Below, in pieces: positions 9,347-20,875 of a stretch of DNA of 64,000 nt (within the stretch, counting starts at the first letter, position 1; each line of letters starts with the position of its first letter). Location of the stretch: positions 64,001 through 128,000 of the forward strand of contig CAVONQ010000006.1 in the NCBI GenBank assembly GCA_963697335.1, read 5' to 3'. Source of the stretch: an uncultured cyanobacterium. GTDB lineage: Bacteria; Cyanobacteriota; Cyanobacteriia; PCC-6307; Cyanobiaceae. The position numbers were made by a program, and so were the translations under genes. The notes below the pieces were generated by a model that saw only the letters and a program-made list of their open reading frames with translations, was not told where the DNA came from and ran no database searches.

Positions 9347-10756
9347 TCACTTGCCGGCCAGCACCGGTTCCCGTTCCGGATCGGCTGACTTGCCCTTGCC
9401 TGTGCCGCTGGCCGCGGTGGCAGTCGCCTGGGCAGCCAGTTCGCCGCGCATCTTGATCCCGCCCTTGATCGTGCTCACGGCCAGCATGGCGGTCACCTCA
9501 TCGTCATCGCGCACAGCGCTGTCAACGGGTTTGTAGGTCTGGGGGGCGAGGGCGTTGCCACGCAGCACGGCGGCCATGGTGAGCACGGTGAGCTTGATCT
9601 GCTGCCACGGGTTCATCGCCACGACCCGCTTATAGAGGTAGCTGTCAAAGGTGAGGCGCTGCACATCCTTGTCATCACACATCTCCACGAAGGCTTCCCG
9701 GGCAGCGTCGTTGGAGTAGAAGATGTTCTGCAGAATCTCGAGCACTTTGTAGGTGGCGCCGTACTGGCGATCCCAGGTCTTGATGTACTTCTTGAGATCG
9801 GACTCAGTGGGAATCCGCTGACCCGCCTGGCTGCTGGCCACGATCTGCTCAGCGCACATGCGGCCACTCTTTGCGGCGAAGTAGATGCCTTCGCCCGAGC
9901 TCTTGGTCACGTAGCCGGCGGCATCACCCACCAGGGCCATGCGGCCCACCACCCGGCGCGGCCTGGGGTGCTCGGGTATCGGGTGGGCTTCCACCTTGAT
10001 CACCTCGCCATTCACCAGCCGCTTGCGGGCCCGCAGCCGGATGCCTTCCTGCAGGCCCTTGATCAGCGACTGGTTGTTCTGCATGGTGCCGGTGCCGACG
10101 GCCACATGGTCATACTTGGGGAAGACCCAGGCATAGAAGTCGGGCGAGACGTCGGTGCCGACATACATCTCGGCCAGGTCTTCGTAGTAGCTCATCTCCT
10201 TGGCCGGCAGGCGGATGCGCTCCTGGAAGGCGATGGCCACGTTGTAGTCGCCGGCATCCATGGCCTTGGCCACGCGGCTGTTGGCGCCATCGGCGCCCAC
10301 GATCAGGTCCACCTCGAGGGTTTTGCTCTCGCCTGTGGCCTCACCGGAGCCGTAGTCGGAGTAGGTGAGGGTGTAGGGGCCCTGGCGGTTGGCGCCGGTG
10401 TCGATCTTGGTGACGAGACCGTTGACAAGTTGGGCGCCGAGGCCAGCGGCGCGGTCGCGCAGGAAGGAGTCGAGCACCTCCCGACGGCACATACCGATGT
10501 ATTCGTTCTTGTTGTCCAGATGAATATCCACCTCCCGATTGGAGGGGGAGATCATGCGCATGTTCCGAACCTTGCGATCGATGATCGAATCGGGCAGGTC
10601 GAATTCGGACACCATGCAGAGTGGAATTGCTCCACCGCATGGTTTGGCGTTGTCGAGCTTGCGCTCAAAAATCCACGTCTGGATACCGGCCTTGGCAAGC
10701 ACCTCGGCGGCACAGGACCCACTGGGGCCACCGCCCACCACTGCGACACGCAACAT
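9347..10756 (-). CDS. chlP: Geranylgeranyl reductase
   Basis: MLRVAVVGGGPSG, AKPCGGAIPLCM, VGDAAGYVTKSSGEGIYFA. Confidence 0.97.
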   Translation of the reverse strand: MLRVAVVGGGPSGSCAAEVLAKAGIQTWIFERKLDNAKPCGGAIPLCMVSEFDLPDSIIDRKVRNMRMISPSNREVDIHLDNKNEYIGMCRREVLDSFLRDRAAGLGAQLVNGLVTKIDTGANRQGPYTLTYSDYGSGEATGESKTLEVDLIVGADGANSRVAKAMDAGDYNVAIAFQERIRLPAKEMSYYEDLAEMYVGTDVSPDFYAWVFPKYDHVAVGTGTMQNNQSLIKGLQEGIRLRARKRLVNGEVIKVEAHPIPEHPRPRRVVGRMALVGDAAGYVTKSSGEGIYFAAKSGRMCAEQIVASSQAGQRIPTESDLKKYIKTWDRQYGATYKVLEILQNIFYSNDAAREAFVEMCDDKDVQRLTFDSYLYKRVVAMNPWQQIKLTVLTMAAVLRGNALAPQTYKPVDSAVRDDDEVTAMLAVSTIKGGIKMRGELAAQATATAASGTGKGKSADPEREPVLAGK

Positions 10757-11001
10757 CAGTTGAATGCTCCGCCAAAAAAGCTCTGGTGCGAAACTAACAC
10801 CGCTGCATGGTCTGGCGGGGGGATTGGCGGTTTCGCCAAGGCGATTGTGATTTGCCGCCGGCAACCACCGGCCCAAGTGGACGCAATTGCTTGCACCAAA
10901 AAAGCCGAATCGTGGTGCAAGTATGACGAAGCTGTAACAATTTAATGGGTTGAGCTGGGGCAGCGGGTCCGCTTCCATGGGCTGTGTGATGCGGCCCTGG
11001 C

Positions 11002-11763
11002 GTGGCGCTGAACCCCAGACTGCCCACCCACCGCTCCCCAGGCGTCGTGCAGCCCGATGACATCCCCATGGCGCGTCGGCAGGCGCCTGCGGCGCCGCCC
11101 AGCCGCCCGATCGCGCGGCTGGGGCGCCTTGCCCTCTCTCTGGTGGTGGTGCTGGTGGCGGGGGGACTGCTGTTGCCCCAGGGCCGCCAGGCCCTGCAGC
11201 GCTGGTTGGCCCCCAGGCCGGTGGAGGGCCTCGATGCCACCCAGACCGCCGATGGCCGCTTGCTGGGTCACTTTCCCTACGGCGAGGCCGACCCCGCCGC
11301 CCTGGTGAGCGTGGCGCCGGGCCAGCAGCTGCATCGCGATGCCGCTGATGCCCTGGCGGCCATGCGCCGGGCCGCGCAGGCCGACGGCATCTCCCTGGTG
11401 CTGCTGAGTGCCTACCGCTCCAAGGCCCTGCAGCAGGAGCTCTTTTTCGATGTGAAGGCGGAGCGCAACCAGAACGCCCGCGAGCGGGCCGAGGTGAGCG
11501 CGCCGCCCGGGTTCTCCGAACACAGCACCGGCTACGCCATCGACCTGGGCGACGGCCGCATGCCCCAGACCCACCTCTCCGAGGGCTTTGCCGCCACCCA
11601 GGCCTTCCGTTGGCTGGAGGACCATGCCCAGCGGTTCCACTTCACCCTGTCGTTTCCTGCAGGCAACCCCCAGGGTGTGAGCTACGAACCATGGCACTGG
11701 CGCTTCGAGGGCACGGCCGAAGCCCTGAAAGTGTTTGAGCCCGCCCAGCGGCTGGCCCCCTGA
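11002..11763 (+). CDS. M15 family D-alanyl-D-alanine carboxypeptidase (VanY-like), N-terminal membrane anchor
   Basis: LSAYRS, SAPPGFSEHSTGYAIDL, YEPWHWRFEG; start may be ATG 11068. Confidence 0.88.
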   Translation: MALNPRLPTHRSPGVVQPDDIPMARRQAPAAPPSRPIARLGRLALSLVVVLVAGGLLLPQGRQALQRWLAPRPVEGLDATQTADGRLLGHFPYGEADPAALVSVAPGQQLHRDAADALAAMRRAAQADGISLVLLSAYRSKALQQELFFDVKAERNQNARERAEVSAPPGFSEHSTGYAIDLGDGRMPQTHLSEGFAATQAFRWLEDHAQRFHFTLSFPAGNPQGVSYEPWHWRFEGTAEALKVFEPAQRLAP

Positions 11764-11839
11764 TCTGGGGTCGCCCCCGCATGGGCATGGAGTAGTCTGT
11801 TTTCTTGGCTACAGACTGAACCGTAGGAATTCTCAATTT

Positions 11840-13648
11840 ATGAGCGGCGCACATTCAGGCACGCCGATTCGCAACATTGCGATCATTGCCCACGTCGACC
11901 ACGGCAAAACCACCCTCGTCGACGCGCTGCTGGCCCAGTCGGGCATCTTCCGCGACAACGAGGCCGTGCCCACCTGCGTGATGGACTCCAACGATCTGGA
12001 GCGGGAGCGCGGCATCACGATCCTGAGCAAGAACACGGCGGTTGATTTCGAAGGCATTCGCATCAACATCGTCGACACCCCTGGCCACGCCGATTTCGGC
12101 GGCGAGGTGGAGCGCGTGCTGGGCATGGTGGATGGCTGCCTGCTGATCGTGGACGCCAACGAGGGGCCCATGCCCCAGACCCGTTTCGTGCTGAAGAAGG
12201 CCCTGGAGAAAGGGCTGCGTCCGATCGTCTTCGTCAACAAGATCGACCGGGCCAGGGTGGATCCGGAGATCGCCGTGGACAAAGTGCTCGACCTTTTCCT
12301 CGAGCTCGGTGCCGACGATGACCAGTGCGATTTCCCCTACCTGTTCGGCAGCGGCATGGCCGGCTACGCCAAGCCGGACATGAAGACCGAGAGCGACACC
12401 ATGCGTCCGCTCTTCGACGCGATCCTGCGCCATGTGCCGCCCCCGGTCGGCGACCCTGAAAAACCGCTTCAGCTGCAGGTCACCACCCTCGACTACAGCG
12501 ATTTTCTGGGCCGGATCATGATCGGCCGCATCCATAACGGCACCATCAAGGCCGGCCAGCCCGCCGCCCTGCTACGCGATGACGGCAGCGTCAAGCGTGG
12601 CCGGATCAGCAAGCTGCTGGGCTTCCAGGGCCTGCAGCGGGTGGAGATCGCCCAGGCCAGCGCCGGCGACCTGGTGGCCGTGTCCGGTTTCGATGAAGTG
12701 AACATCGGCGAGACGATCGCCTGTCCGGACAATCCCGAGGCGCTGCCGTTGATCAAGGTGGATGAGCCCACCCTGCAGATGACGTTCGTCATCAACGACT
12801 CCCCCTTCGCCGGCAAGGAGGGCAAATTCGTCACCAGCCGTCAGGTGCGCGATCGGCTGCAGAAGGAGCTGCTCACCAACGTGGCCCTGCGGGTGGAGGA
12901 CACCGACTCCCCCGATCGCTGGTCGGTGAGCGGCCGGGGTGAGCTGCACCTCGGCATCCTGATCGAAACCATGCGCCGCGAGGGCTATGAGTTCCAGGTG
13001 AGCCAGCCGCAGGTGATCTTCCGCACCATCGATGGCACCCCCAGCGAGCCCTACGAAACCCTGGTGCTTGACGTGCCGGAAGCGTCCGTGGGCGCCTGCA
13101 TCGAGAAGCTCGGCATCCGCAAGGCGGAAATGCAGAACATGGAGACCACCAGTGACGGCCGCACCCTGCTGGAGTTCGTGGTGCCGGCCCGCGGCCTGAT
13201 CGGCTTCCGCGGGGAGTTCATCCGTGCCACCCGCGGCGAGGGCATCATGAGCCACTCCTTCCTGGATTACCGGCCCATGCAGGGCGACGTGGACACCCGC
13301 CGCAGCGGCGTGCTGATTGCCTTCGAGGAGGGTACGGCCACCTTCTATGCCCTCAAGGGCGCGGAGGATCGCGGCCAGTTCTTCATCACCCCCGGCACCA
13401 AGGTGTACAAGGGCATGATCGTGGGTGAGAACAGCCGGCCCCAGGATCTCGAGCTCAACGTCTGCAAGGCCAAGCAGGTGACCAACATCCGCTCGGCCGG
13501 CGCCGAGGTGCTCGACACCCTGCAGGCGCCGGTGCAGATGACCCTGGAGCGCGCCCTCGAGTACATCGGTCCCGATGAGATGCTCGAGGTGACGCCCGAG
13601 TCGATCCGGCTGCGCAAGCTGCCCTCCAAAAAGGCAGCCAAGCGCTGA
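11840..13648 (+). CDS. typA: Translational GTPase TypA/BipA
   Basis: [49 protein letters not shown]. Confidence 0.97.
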   Translation: MSGAHSGTPIRNIAIIAHVDHGKTTLVDALLAQSGIFRDNEAVPTCVMDSNDLERERGITILSKNTAVDFEGIRINIVDTPGHADFGGEVERVLGMVDGCLLIVDANEGPMPQTRFVLKKALEKGLRPIVFVNKIDRARVDPEIAVDKVLDLFLELGADDDQCDFPYLFGSGMAGYAKPDMKTESDTMRPLFDAILRHVPPPVGDPEKPLQLQVTTLDYSDFLGRIMIGRIHNGTIKAGQPAALLRDDGSVKRGRISKLLGFQGLQRVEIAQASAGDLVAVSGFDEVNIGETIACPDNPEALPLIKVDEPTLQMTFVINDSPFAGKEGKFVTSRQVRDRLQKELLTNVALRVEDTDSPDRWSVSGRGELHLGILIETMRREGYEFQVSQPQVIFRTIDGTPSEPYETLVLDVPEASVGACIEKLGIRKAEMQNMETTSDGRTLLEFVVPARGLIGFRGEFIRATRGEGIMSHSFLDYRPMQGDVDTRRSGVLIAFEEGTATFYALKGAEDRGQFFITPGTKVYKGMIVGENSRPQDLELNVCKAKQVTNIRSAGAEVLDTLQAPVQMTLERALEYIGPDEMLEVTPESIRLRKLPSKKAAKR

Positions 13649-13666
13649 CCGCCCCACTCCGGCACC

Positions 13667-14068
13667 ATGCTTGATCCCGAAGAGGTGGCTCTGCGGGGTG
13701 ATGGCCGGCTTGCCGAGGCCATCAGCCGCTTCAATGCCGGCGACTGGTACTCCTGCCACGACGGCTTTGAGGAGCTCTGGCACGAAACGGCCGGGGCCTG
13801 CCGCCCGGTTCTGCAGGGCCTCCTGCAACTGGCCGTGGGCCAGCTGCACCTGGAGCGGGGCAACCGCCGCGGGGCCACGATCCTCACCGGCGAGGGGCTG
13901 GGACGGCTGCGGGGTTGCGACGATGACGCCCTCGGCCTCGATCTGGCGGCCCTTCGCAGCAGTGCCGCGCTCTGGCTGCAGGCCCTGCAGGGACCAGACC
14001 AGGACCTGGCCCTGGAGCGACCCCGGTTGCTGCCGGCCGGAACGGCACCACCGCCCTCTGTAGATTGA
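13667..14068 (+). CDS. DUF309 family protein
   Basis: FNAGDWYSCHDGFEELW...LQGLLQLAVGQLH pattern. Confidence 0.85.
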   Translation: MLDPEEVALRGDGRLAEAISRFNAGDWYSCHDGFEELWHETAGACRPVLQGLLQLAVGQLHLERGNRRGATILTGEGLGRLRGCDDDALGLDLAALRSSAALWLQALQGPDQDLALERPRLLPAGTAPPPSVD

Positions 14069-14568
14069 GATTTGCGCTCCGGCGGCCCCGGTCCTTGCCT
14101 CTGTCCGCCTTCCGTCCCGCCCGCCTGACCCTGCTCGGTTTGGCTGTGCTTGGCTTCCAAGGCCTCGCTCTGGTGCAGGCAGGAGCCTGGGCCCAGCAGG
14201 TGGCCATGCCGGCTGCCGCCCCCGCGAAGGCTCCCCTGACTGGAGTGGTGACGATCGAATCCGACCTGCAGACCGCTGACAACGCCACCGGAATCCTCTC
14301 CGCCAGCGGCAATGTGCGCATCGTCTACGGCGATCAGGGCGTGGTGGCCACGGCCCGCCAGGCCCAGTACTTCAGCCGTGAGGGCCGCCTGGTGCTGAGT
14401 GGCGATGTGGACGTGCTTCAGGGGGATGGCAACAGCATCCGCGCCGAGCGGCTCGTCTACCTGGTGGAGAACGAGCGGCTGGTGGCCGAAGCCGCGCCCG
14501 GAGAGCAGGTGATCACCCTCTACCGCTTCCCCCCCGCCCAGGCTCCGGCCCCCGGCCCCCTGCCATGA
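14065..14568 (+). CDS. LptA/OstA family periplasmic protein
   Basis: Signal peptide, beta-jellyroll-like segments ([16 protein letters not shown]), directly upstream of lptB; start uncertain. Confidence 0.8.
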   Translation: MRFALRRPRSLPLSAFRPARLTLLGLAVLGFQGLALVQAGAWAQQVAMPAAAPAKAPLTGVVTIESDLQTADNATGILSASGNVRIVYGDQGVVATARQAQYFSREGRLVLSGDVDVLQGDGNSIRAERLVYLVENERLVAEAAPGEQVITLYRFPPAQAPAPGPLP

Positions 14569-15293
14569 CGCTGGAGCTGAAGCAGGTGGTGCTGGCCATC
14601 GGTGGCCGGGTGCTGGTGGACCATGTCTCCCTGCACCTCGAACCGGGCGAGGTGGTGGGCCTGCTGGGCCCCAACGGTGCCGGCAAGACCACCACGTTCG
14701 GTCTGGTGACGGGCCTGATCCGCCCCGACGCCGGGGCGGTGCTGCTCGATGGCCGCGAGATCAGCCGCATGCCGATGCCCCAGCGGGCTCGCCTGGGCAT
14801 CGGCTACCTGCCCCAGGAACCGAGTGTGTTTCGCCAGCTGGACGTGCGCAACAATCTGAGGCTGGCCCTGGAATCCAGTCGCACCCCCAGGCCTCTGCGC
14901 CGCGAGCGTCTCGAGAACCTGATCGAGGATTTTCACCTCAGTGCCTTTCAGCACCGCCGCGGCTACCAGCTCTCCGGCGGCGAGCGGCGGCGCACCGAGG
15001 TGGCCCGCGCCTTGGCGGTGGGGGCGGAAGGCCCCCGCTACCTGCTGCTGGATGAACCGTTCGCCGGGGTGGATCCGATTGCCGTGGCCGATCTGCAGGA
15101 GCTGATCCAGCAGCTGCGCGGCCGGCGCATGGGGCTGCTGATCACCGATCACAACGTGCGTGAGACCCTGGCCATCACCGATCGGGCCTACATCCTCTCG
15201 GAGGGAGCCATCCTGGCCTCCGGCACGTCCGAGCAGGTGGGGAACGATCCCCTCGTGCGCCGCCACTACCTGGGGGAGGGTTTCAGGCTGTGA
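14565..15293 (+). CDS. lptB: LPS export ABC transporter ATP-binding protein
   Basis: [48 protein letters not shown]. Confidence 0.93.
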   Translation: MTLELKQVVLAIGGRVLVDHVSLHLEPGEVVGLLGPNGAGKTTTFGLVTGLIRPDAGAVLLDGREISRMPMPQRARLGIGYLPQEPSVFRQLDVRNNLRLALESSRTPRPLRRERLENLIEDFHLSAFQHRRGYQLSGGERRRTEVARALAVGAEGPRYLLLDEPFAGVDPIAVADLQELIQQLRGRRMGLLITDHNVRETLAITDRAYILSEGAILASGTSEQVGNDPLVRRHYLGEGFRL

Positions 15294-16480
15294 GCAGTAG
15301 CCCGCTGGCTCTCGATCGACTGCGGCGCCTGGGGCTGGCCCCCTGGCGGCGGCTACCGCTGCTGGATCGCTGGCTGCTGGGGGAGCTGTTCGGCCCGCTG
15401 GTGTACGGCGTCGCGGCCTTCACGGCGGTGTCGCTCTCGGTGGGGGCCGTGTTCGAGCTGGTGCGCCGGGTGGCGGAATCGGGCCTGCCGCTCGATGTGG
15501 CCCTGCAGGTTCTGGTGCTGGAGCTGCCCTCGTTTCTGGTGCTCTCCTTCCCGATGGCCACCCTGATGGCCACCCTGCTCACCTTCAGCAAGCTCGCCGG
15601 CAACAGTGAGCTCACCGCCCTGCGCAGCGTTGGGGTACCCACCTGGCGCATGGTCATGGCGGCGGTAGCCCTGTCGCTGGTGATGACGCTGCTCACCTTC
15701 AGCTTCAACGAAGCCGTGGTGCCCCGCACCCTGAGCCAGGCCGAGGCCACATTGAGCCGCGCGATCGGCAGAGCCGTGGCCGGCGAGCAGAAAGACAACG
15801 TGCTCTACTCCCGCTACGGCAGGGTCGAGCAGCCCGATGGCAGCACTCAGCGCGGCCTCACCCATATCTTCTATGCCCAGCGCTTCAACCAGGGGGTGAT
15901 GGAAGATGTGACGCTGGTGGACATGAGCCGTTCGGCCCAGCGGGTGATGCTCACCGCCAAGCGGGCCCGCTGGAGCGATGCTGAGGCCCAGTGGGAGTTT
16001 CTCGATGGTCGGGTGTTCGGCATTGGTGGCACCGATTCCGACGCGATCACCTCCGCGCGCTTCGATCGCTACCTCTATCCCCTCGGCAACCAGCCGATAC
16101 GGGTGGCCAAGCTGCCCACGGACGCCAACGAGATGACCATCGGCCAGGCCCGCACGGCTGAGCGGCTGCTGCGGGAATCGGGCGATGAGAAAGCAGCGCG
16201 GAAATTGCGGGTGAGGATCGAGGAGAAGTTCGCCTTCCCGGCCGTCTGCCTGGTGTTCGGCCTGATCGGCAGCAGCCTGGGGGCCAGGCCCCACTCTCGG
16301 AGCAGCCGCAGCCAGGGATTCGGCCTCAGCGTGCTGCTGATCTTCGGCTATTACCTGGTGGCCTTCAGCTTCAGCTCCCTGGGCGTCAAGGGCACTCTCC
16401 AGCCCTTGTTCTCCGCCTGGCTGCCCGTGGTGATCGGTCTGATCACCGGCCTCGTGCTGTTACGGCAGGCCAGCCGCTGA
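15290..16480 (+). CDS. LptF/LptG family permease
   Basis: LDRWLL...[13 protein letters not shown]-periplasmic-TM layout; follows lptB. Confidence 0.9.
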   Translation: MSSSPLALDRLRRLGLAPWRRLPLLDRWLLGELFGPLVYGVAAFTAVSLSVGAVFELVRRVAESGLPLDVALQVLVLELPSFLVLSFPMATLMATLLTFSKLAGNSELTALRSVGVPTWRMVMAAVALSLVMTLLTFSFNEAVVPRTLSQAEATLSRAIGRAVAGEQKDNVLYSRYGRVEQPDGSTQRGLTHIFYAQRFNQGVMEDVTLVDMSRSAQRVMLTAKRARWSDAEAQWEFLDGRVFGIGGTDSDAITSARFDRYLYPLGNQPIRVAKLPTDANEMTIGQARTAERLLRESGDEKAARKLRVRIEEKFAFPAVCLVFGLIGSSLGARPHSRSSRSQGFGLSVLLIFGYYLVAFSFSSLGVKGTLQPLFSAWLPVVIGLITGLVLLRQASR

Positions 16481-16531
16481 CAGGCTGAGGCCATCACCAG
16501 CCAGACTGGCGCGTGAGTCTGCGCTGAAACC

Positions 16532-17467
16532 TTGCCCGATCTGCTCCACGATCCGGTTCTTGCCCTGGGCCTCGGCGCCTTTGCCCTGCTGCTGCTGGTG
16601 CTGCCCCTGGCGTTCTGGGCCCTGAGTGGCGGCCGAAACAGCTCCGTGGTGCGGGTGCTGATCGCCACGGCCAACCTCTGTCTCACCGCCCAGCTGGTGC
16701 TGCGCTGGATCGATTCCGGCCACTTCCCGATCAGCAATCTGTACGAGTCGCTCTGTTTCCTGGCCTGGGGCTGCACCCTCACCCAGCTGCTGGTGGAGCG
16801 CAGCTGGCCTTCACCGCTGGTGCCGGCTGCCGCCACCCCGATGGCCCTCGGCTGCGTGGCCTTCGCCAGCTTCGCCCTACCCGACCGCCTCCAGGAAGCC
16901 TCCCCCCTGGTGCCCGCCCTGCGTTCCAGCTGGCTGGTGATGCATGTGAGCGTGATCATGCTCAGCTACGCGGCCCTGCTGGTGGGGTCCCTGCTCTCCG
17001 TGGCCGTGCTGTTCACCGACCGGGGGCGGGCCCTGGAGCTGCGCAGCAGCTCGATCGGCAGCGGCGGCTATCGCCAGGCCCAGCTGGCCTGCGATGGTCC
17101 GGGTGCCATGGCGGCGCCGATGAAGCTCTCCAGCGTGTCGATTCCGATCGCCGAACAGCTCGACTCACTCAGCTACCGCACAATCACCGTGGGCTTTCTG
17201 CTGCTCTCGGTGGGATTGGTGAGCGGAGCGGTGTGGGCCAACGAGGCCTGGGGCAGTTGGTGGAGCTGGGACCCGAAGGAAACCTGGGCCCTGATCTGCT
17301 GGCTGGTGTATGCCGCCTACCTGCACACCCGCCTGATCCGCGGCTGGCAGGGTCGCCGCCCGGCGATCGTGGCCTCGGTGGGCCTGGTGGTGATCGCCGT
17401 CTGCTACATCGGCGTCAACCTGCTGGGCATCGGCCTGCACAGCTACGGCTGGTTCTTTGAGAGCTGA
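16532..17467 (+). CDS. ccsA: Cytochrome c biogenesis protein CcsA (CcsB)
   Basis: [20 protein letters not shown] domain [27 protein letters not shown]. Confidence 0.95.
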   Translation: MPDLLHDPVLALGLGAFALLLLVLPLAFWALSGGRNSSVVRVLIATANLCLTAQLVLRWIDSGHFPISNLYESLCFLAWGCTLTQLLVERSWPSPLVPAAATPMALGCVAFASFALPDRLQEASPLVPALRSSWLVMHVSVIMLSYAALLVGSLLSVAVLFTDRGRALELRSSSIGSGGYRQAQLACDGPGAMAAPMKLSSVSIPIAEQLDSLSYRTITVGFLLLSVGLVSGAVWANEAWGSWWSWDPKETWALICWLVYAAYLHTRLIRGWQGRRPAIVASVGLVVIAVCYIGVNLLGIGLHSYGWFFES

Positions 17468-17478
17468 GGGCTGAGAGA

Positions 17479-17505
17479 CCAGATCTCCCCCACGGGGGAG
17501 TCTGG
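17479..17505. terminator. Hairpin between convergent ccsA and rpe (possible terminator or processing stem)
   Basis: CCAGA(T)CTCCCC-CACG-GGGGAGTCTGG; no U-tract on either side. Confidence 0.5.
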
Positions 17506-17518
17506 CCCGTTCAGCTGT

Positions 17519-18202
17519 TCAGACCGCCACCGGCGCCGGCCGGCGGCTCTGGCGGATGCCGGTGATGGCGTCGGCGTAGCTGGGCTGGTTGAACACGCCC
17601 GAGCCGCTCACGATCGCGTTGGCCCCGGCTTCGATCACCTTCCAGGCGTTCTCGGCCTTGATGCCGCCGTCCACCTCGATCCAGGGGTCGAGGCCCTTGG
17701 CGTCACACATGCGCCGAAGGTCACGAATCTTGTCCACCTGGCTGTCGATGAAGCTCTGGCCACCGAAGCCGGGGTTCACGCTCATGACGAGCACGAGATC
17801 ACAGAGCTCGAGGCAGTACTCGAGCGTGTCGATCGGGGTGCTGGGGTTCAGCACGGCACCGGCCATTTTGCCGAGATCGCGGATCTGGGCCAGGTTGCGG
17901 TGCAGGTGAGGGCAGGCCTCCACCTGCACCGAGATGATGTCGGCGCCCGCCTTGGCGAAATCAGCCACGTACTTTTCGGGCTCCACGATCATCAGGTGAA
18001 CGTCCAGCGGCTTGCTGGTCACCGGCCGCAGCGCCTGCACGATCAGGGGGCCGATGGTGATGTTGGGCACGAAGCGGCCGTCCATCACGTCCACGTGGAT
18101 CCAGTCGGCACCGGCCGCATCGACGGCCCGCACGTCATCCCCCAGCCGGGAGAAGTCGGCGGAGAGGATCGATGGTGACACCACCAGGGACTTGGTGCTC
18201 AT
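17519..18202 (-). CDS. rpe: Ribulose-phosphate 3-epimerase
   Basis: [35 protein letters not shown]. Confidence 0.97.
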   Translation of the reverse strand: MSTKSLVVSPSILSADFSRLGDDVRAVDAAGADWIHVDVMDGRFVPNITIGPLIVQALRPVTSKPLDVHLMIVEPEKYVADFAKAGADIISVQVEACPHLHRNLAQIRDLGKMAGAVLNPSTPIDTLEYCLELCDLVLVMSVNPGFGGQSFIDSQVDKIRDLRRMCDAKGLDPWIEVDGGIKAENAWKVIEAGANAIVSGSGVFNQPSYADAITGIRQSRRPAPVAV

Positions 18203-18392
18203 GGGACGGCCGCTGGGCTAGGGGAAATCCAGTGTAGTTAAGGCCCCGCCAGGCCCTTGAGCCCGGCCCCCGGCTGGCCGGGAGGCGCTGCCATCGCTGA
18301 TACAGTGAGGCCCGCTTCCTGACTGAGATTCCGCACAGCAGCTGCCATCTCAGGCCCGATCACGAAGCTTCCTCCCCTCTTGCCGGACCACT

Positions 18393-19397
18393 GTGGATCG
18401 CACCCTTATCCAGGAAATTCTCGAAGTTGTCGAGCAGGCCGCCATCGCCTCGGCCGAACTCACGGGCCTGGGCAAGAAGGACGAGGCTGACGCCGCTGCC
18501 GTGGAGGCGATGCGCAAGCGCATGGGCCAGATCACCATGCAGGGTCGCATCGTGATCGGCGAGGGCGAGCGGGATGAGGCACCGATGCTCTACATCGGCG
18601 AAGAGGTGGGCAGCGGTACCGGGCCGGGAGTGGACTTCGCCGTGGACCCCTGCGAGGGCACCAACCTCTGCGCCAACAACCAGCGCGGCTCCATGGCGGT
18701 GCTGGCCGCCTCAGACCGCGGCGGACTGTTCAACGCCCCGGACTTCTACATGAAAAAGCTGGCGGCACCCCCTGCCGCCAAGGGCAAGGTGGACATCCGC
18801 AAGAGTGCCACCGAAAACATCGAGATCCTCAGCCAGTGCCTCGGCATGGCCAAGAGCGACCTGGTGATCGTGGTGATGGACCGTGCCCGCCACAAGGACC
18901 TGATCGCCGAGATCCGCGCCACCGGCGCCCGGGTGCAGCCCATCTCCGACGGTGACGTGCAGGCCGCCATCGCCTGCGGCTTCGCCGGCACCGGCACCCA
19001 CTGCCTGATGGGCATCGGGGCTGCGCCCGAGGGCGTGATCTCCGCCGCCGCCATGCGCGCCCTGGGCGGTCACTTCCAGGGCCAGCTGGTGTACGACCCT
19101 GCCGTGGCCCAGACCAAGGAGTGGGAAGGCCTCACCCGGGAGGGCAACCTGGCCCGCCTGGCCGAGATGGGCATCGCCGAACCCGACAGGATCTACGAAG
19201 CCGATGAGCTGGCATCAGGCGAGAACGTGGTGTTCGCCGGCAGCGGCATCACCGACGGCCTGCTGTTCCACGGGGTGAAATTCGAGCAGGACTGCACCCG
19301 CACCAGCTCCCTGGTGATCAGCACCCTCGACAACACGGCGCGCTTCACCAACACCGTGCACATCAAAGCCGGTGCCCAGAGCATCGCGCTGCGCTGA
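18393..19397 (+). CDS. glpX: Class II fructose-1,6-/sedoheptulose-1,7-bisphosphatase
   Basis: [38 protein letters not shown]. Confidence 0.96.
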   Translation: MDRTLIQEILEVVEQAAIASAELTGLGKKDEADAAAVEAMRKRMGQITMQGRIVIGEGERDEAPMLYIGEEVGSGTGPGVDFAVDPCEGTNLCANNQRGSMAVLAASDRGGLFNAPDFYMKKLAAPPAAKGKVDIRKSATENIEILSQCLGMAKSDLVIVVMDRARHKDLIAEIRATGARVQPISDGDVQAAIACGFAGTGTHCLMGIGAAPEGVISAAAMRALGGHFQGQLVYDPAVAQTKEWEGLTREGNLARLAEMGIAEPDRIYEADELASGENVVFAGSGITDGLLFHGVKFEQDCTRTSSLVISTLDNTARFTNTVHIKAGAQSIALR

Positions 19398-19431
19398 GCC
19401 GGCGCCGATCAGCTCACACCGCGCTGCCACC

Positions 19432-20742
19432 ATGCACATCGCCGTCGTCGGTCTGAGTCATCGCACGGCTCCAGTGGAGATCCGGGAGCGCCTCAGCATC
19501 CCGGAACAGGCCATGGACGCCTCGCTCCAGCAGCTCCGCGACGACGATCAGGTACTGGAGGCCTCGATCCTCAGCACCTGCAACCGCCTGGAGATCTACA
19601 CCCTGCTGCGCCATCCGGAGCAGGGCATCTCCTCGATCGGGGCCTTCCTCAGCCAGCACTCGGGGCTGGCGGTGGATGAGCTCACGCCCCATCTGTTCAC
19701 CTACCACCACGAACAGGCCGTGGACCACCTGCTGAGGGTGGCGGCTGGCCTGGATTCGCTCGTGCTGGGCGAGGGCCAGATCCTCTCCCAGGTGAAGAAG
19801 ATGGTGCGGCTCGGCCAGGAGCACCACTCACTGGGCCCGATTCTGAACCGGCTGCTCAACCAGGCGGTCAGCACCGGCAAGCGGGTGCGCACCGAAACCA
19901 ACCTGGGCACGGGGGCCGTGTCGATCAGCTCCGCAGCCGTGGAGCTGGCCCAGCTGAAGGTGGGCCAGGCCCGGGGGGTCGATGACCTGGTTTCCCTCGA
20001 TCAGGAACAGGTGGCCGTGGTGGGGGCCGGCCGCATGGCGCGGCTGTTGCTGCAGCACCTGCAGTCCAAGGGATGCCGGGGGGTGGTGCTGCTCAACCGC
20101 ACCGTCACCAGAGCGGAGCAGTTGGCGGCAGATTTTCCCGCCCTGCCCGTGCAATGCCGCCCCCTCGACGATCTCGACCACTGCCTCAGCACCTGCTCCC
20201 TGGTGTTCTGCAGCACGGCCGCCGAGGACCCGATCATCAGCGCCGAACGCCTGACGGTGCTCAACCGTCGCAGCTCGCTGATGCTGGTGGACATCGGCGT
20301 CCCCCGCAACATCTCTGCCGACTCCGCCGAAGTGTCTGGGGTTCAGGCCTACGACGTGGACGACCTCCAGGAGGTGGTGGCACGCAATCAGGAAGCGCGC
20401 CGCGAGATGGCCGCCGAGGCCGAAGGCCTGCTGCATGAGGAGTCCCGCCTGTTTCTGGAATGGTGGGACGGCCTCGAGGCGGTGCCCGTGGTGAACCGGC
20501 TGCGGCTGCGGTTGGAGGACATCCGCGAACAGGAGCTCCAGAAGGCGCTGAGCCGCATGGGGCCCGATCTTTCTGGCCGGGAGCGCAAGGTGGTGGAAGC
20601 CCTCAGCAAGGGGATCATCAACAAGATCCTCCATACCCCGGTCACCAACATCCGGGCCCCCCAGCCCCGCGCCCAACGCCGCTCAGCAATGCGGGTGCTG
20701 GAGGAGCTCTTCGAGCTTCAAGACGAAGAGCACAGACCGTGA
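19432..20742 (+). CDS. hemA: Glutamyl-tRNA reductase
   Basis: GLSHRTAPVEIRE, LSTCNRLEIY, GLDSLVLGEGQILSQVK, DIGVPRNI. Confidence 0.97.
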   Translation: MHIAVVGLSHRTAPVEIRERLSIPEQAMDASLQQLRDDDQVLEASILSTCNRLEIYTLLRHPEQGISSIGAFLSQHSGLAVDELTPHLFTYHHEQAVDHLLRVAAGLDSLVLGEGQILSQVKKMVRLGQEHHSLGPILNRLLNQAVSTGKRVRTETNLGTGAVSISSAAVELAQLKVGQARGVDDLVSLDQEQVAVVGAGRMARLLLQHLQSKGCRGVVLLNRTVTRAEQLAADFPALPVQCRPLDDLDHCLSTCSLVFCSTAAEDPIISAERLTVLNRRSSLMLVDIGVPRNISADSAEVSGVQAYDVDDLQEVVARNQEARREMAAEAEGLLHEESRLFLEWWDGLEAVPVVNRLRLRLEDIREQELQKALSRMGPDLSGRERKVVEALSKGIINKILHTPVTNIRAPQPRAQRRSAMRVLEELFELQDEEHRP

Positions 20743-20875
20743 GGTCCCTGCCGGTGACCTGCATCACCTGATCGCGGTGTTGGCCACCACAGTTCAAGCC
20801 GGACGTGAGTCCGGCACTGGCCCGCCGGGACCTCGTTCCTGTACGGTCGCCCCAACAGAGTAGGAATCAGGAAAC

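Noticed and set aside
4180..11763. VanX-like and VanY-like genes as a glycopeptide resistance cluster
   Set aside because: Unlinked, no vanH/vanA/regulators; M15 peptidases are ordinary peptidoglycan enzymes in cyanobacteria
11794..11817. AGTCTGT-N10-ACAGACT inverted repeat upstream of typA, possible NtcA site
   Set aside because: GTA..TAC spacing does not match GTA-N8-TAC; a 7-bp repeat is weak evidence alone
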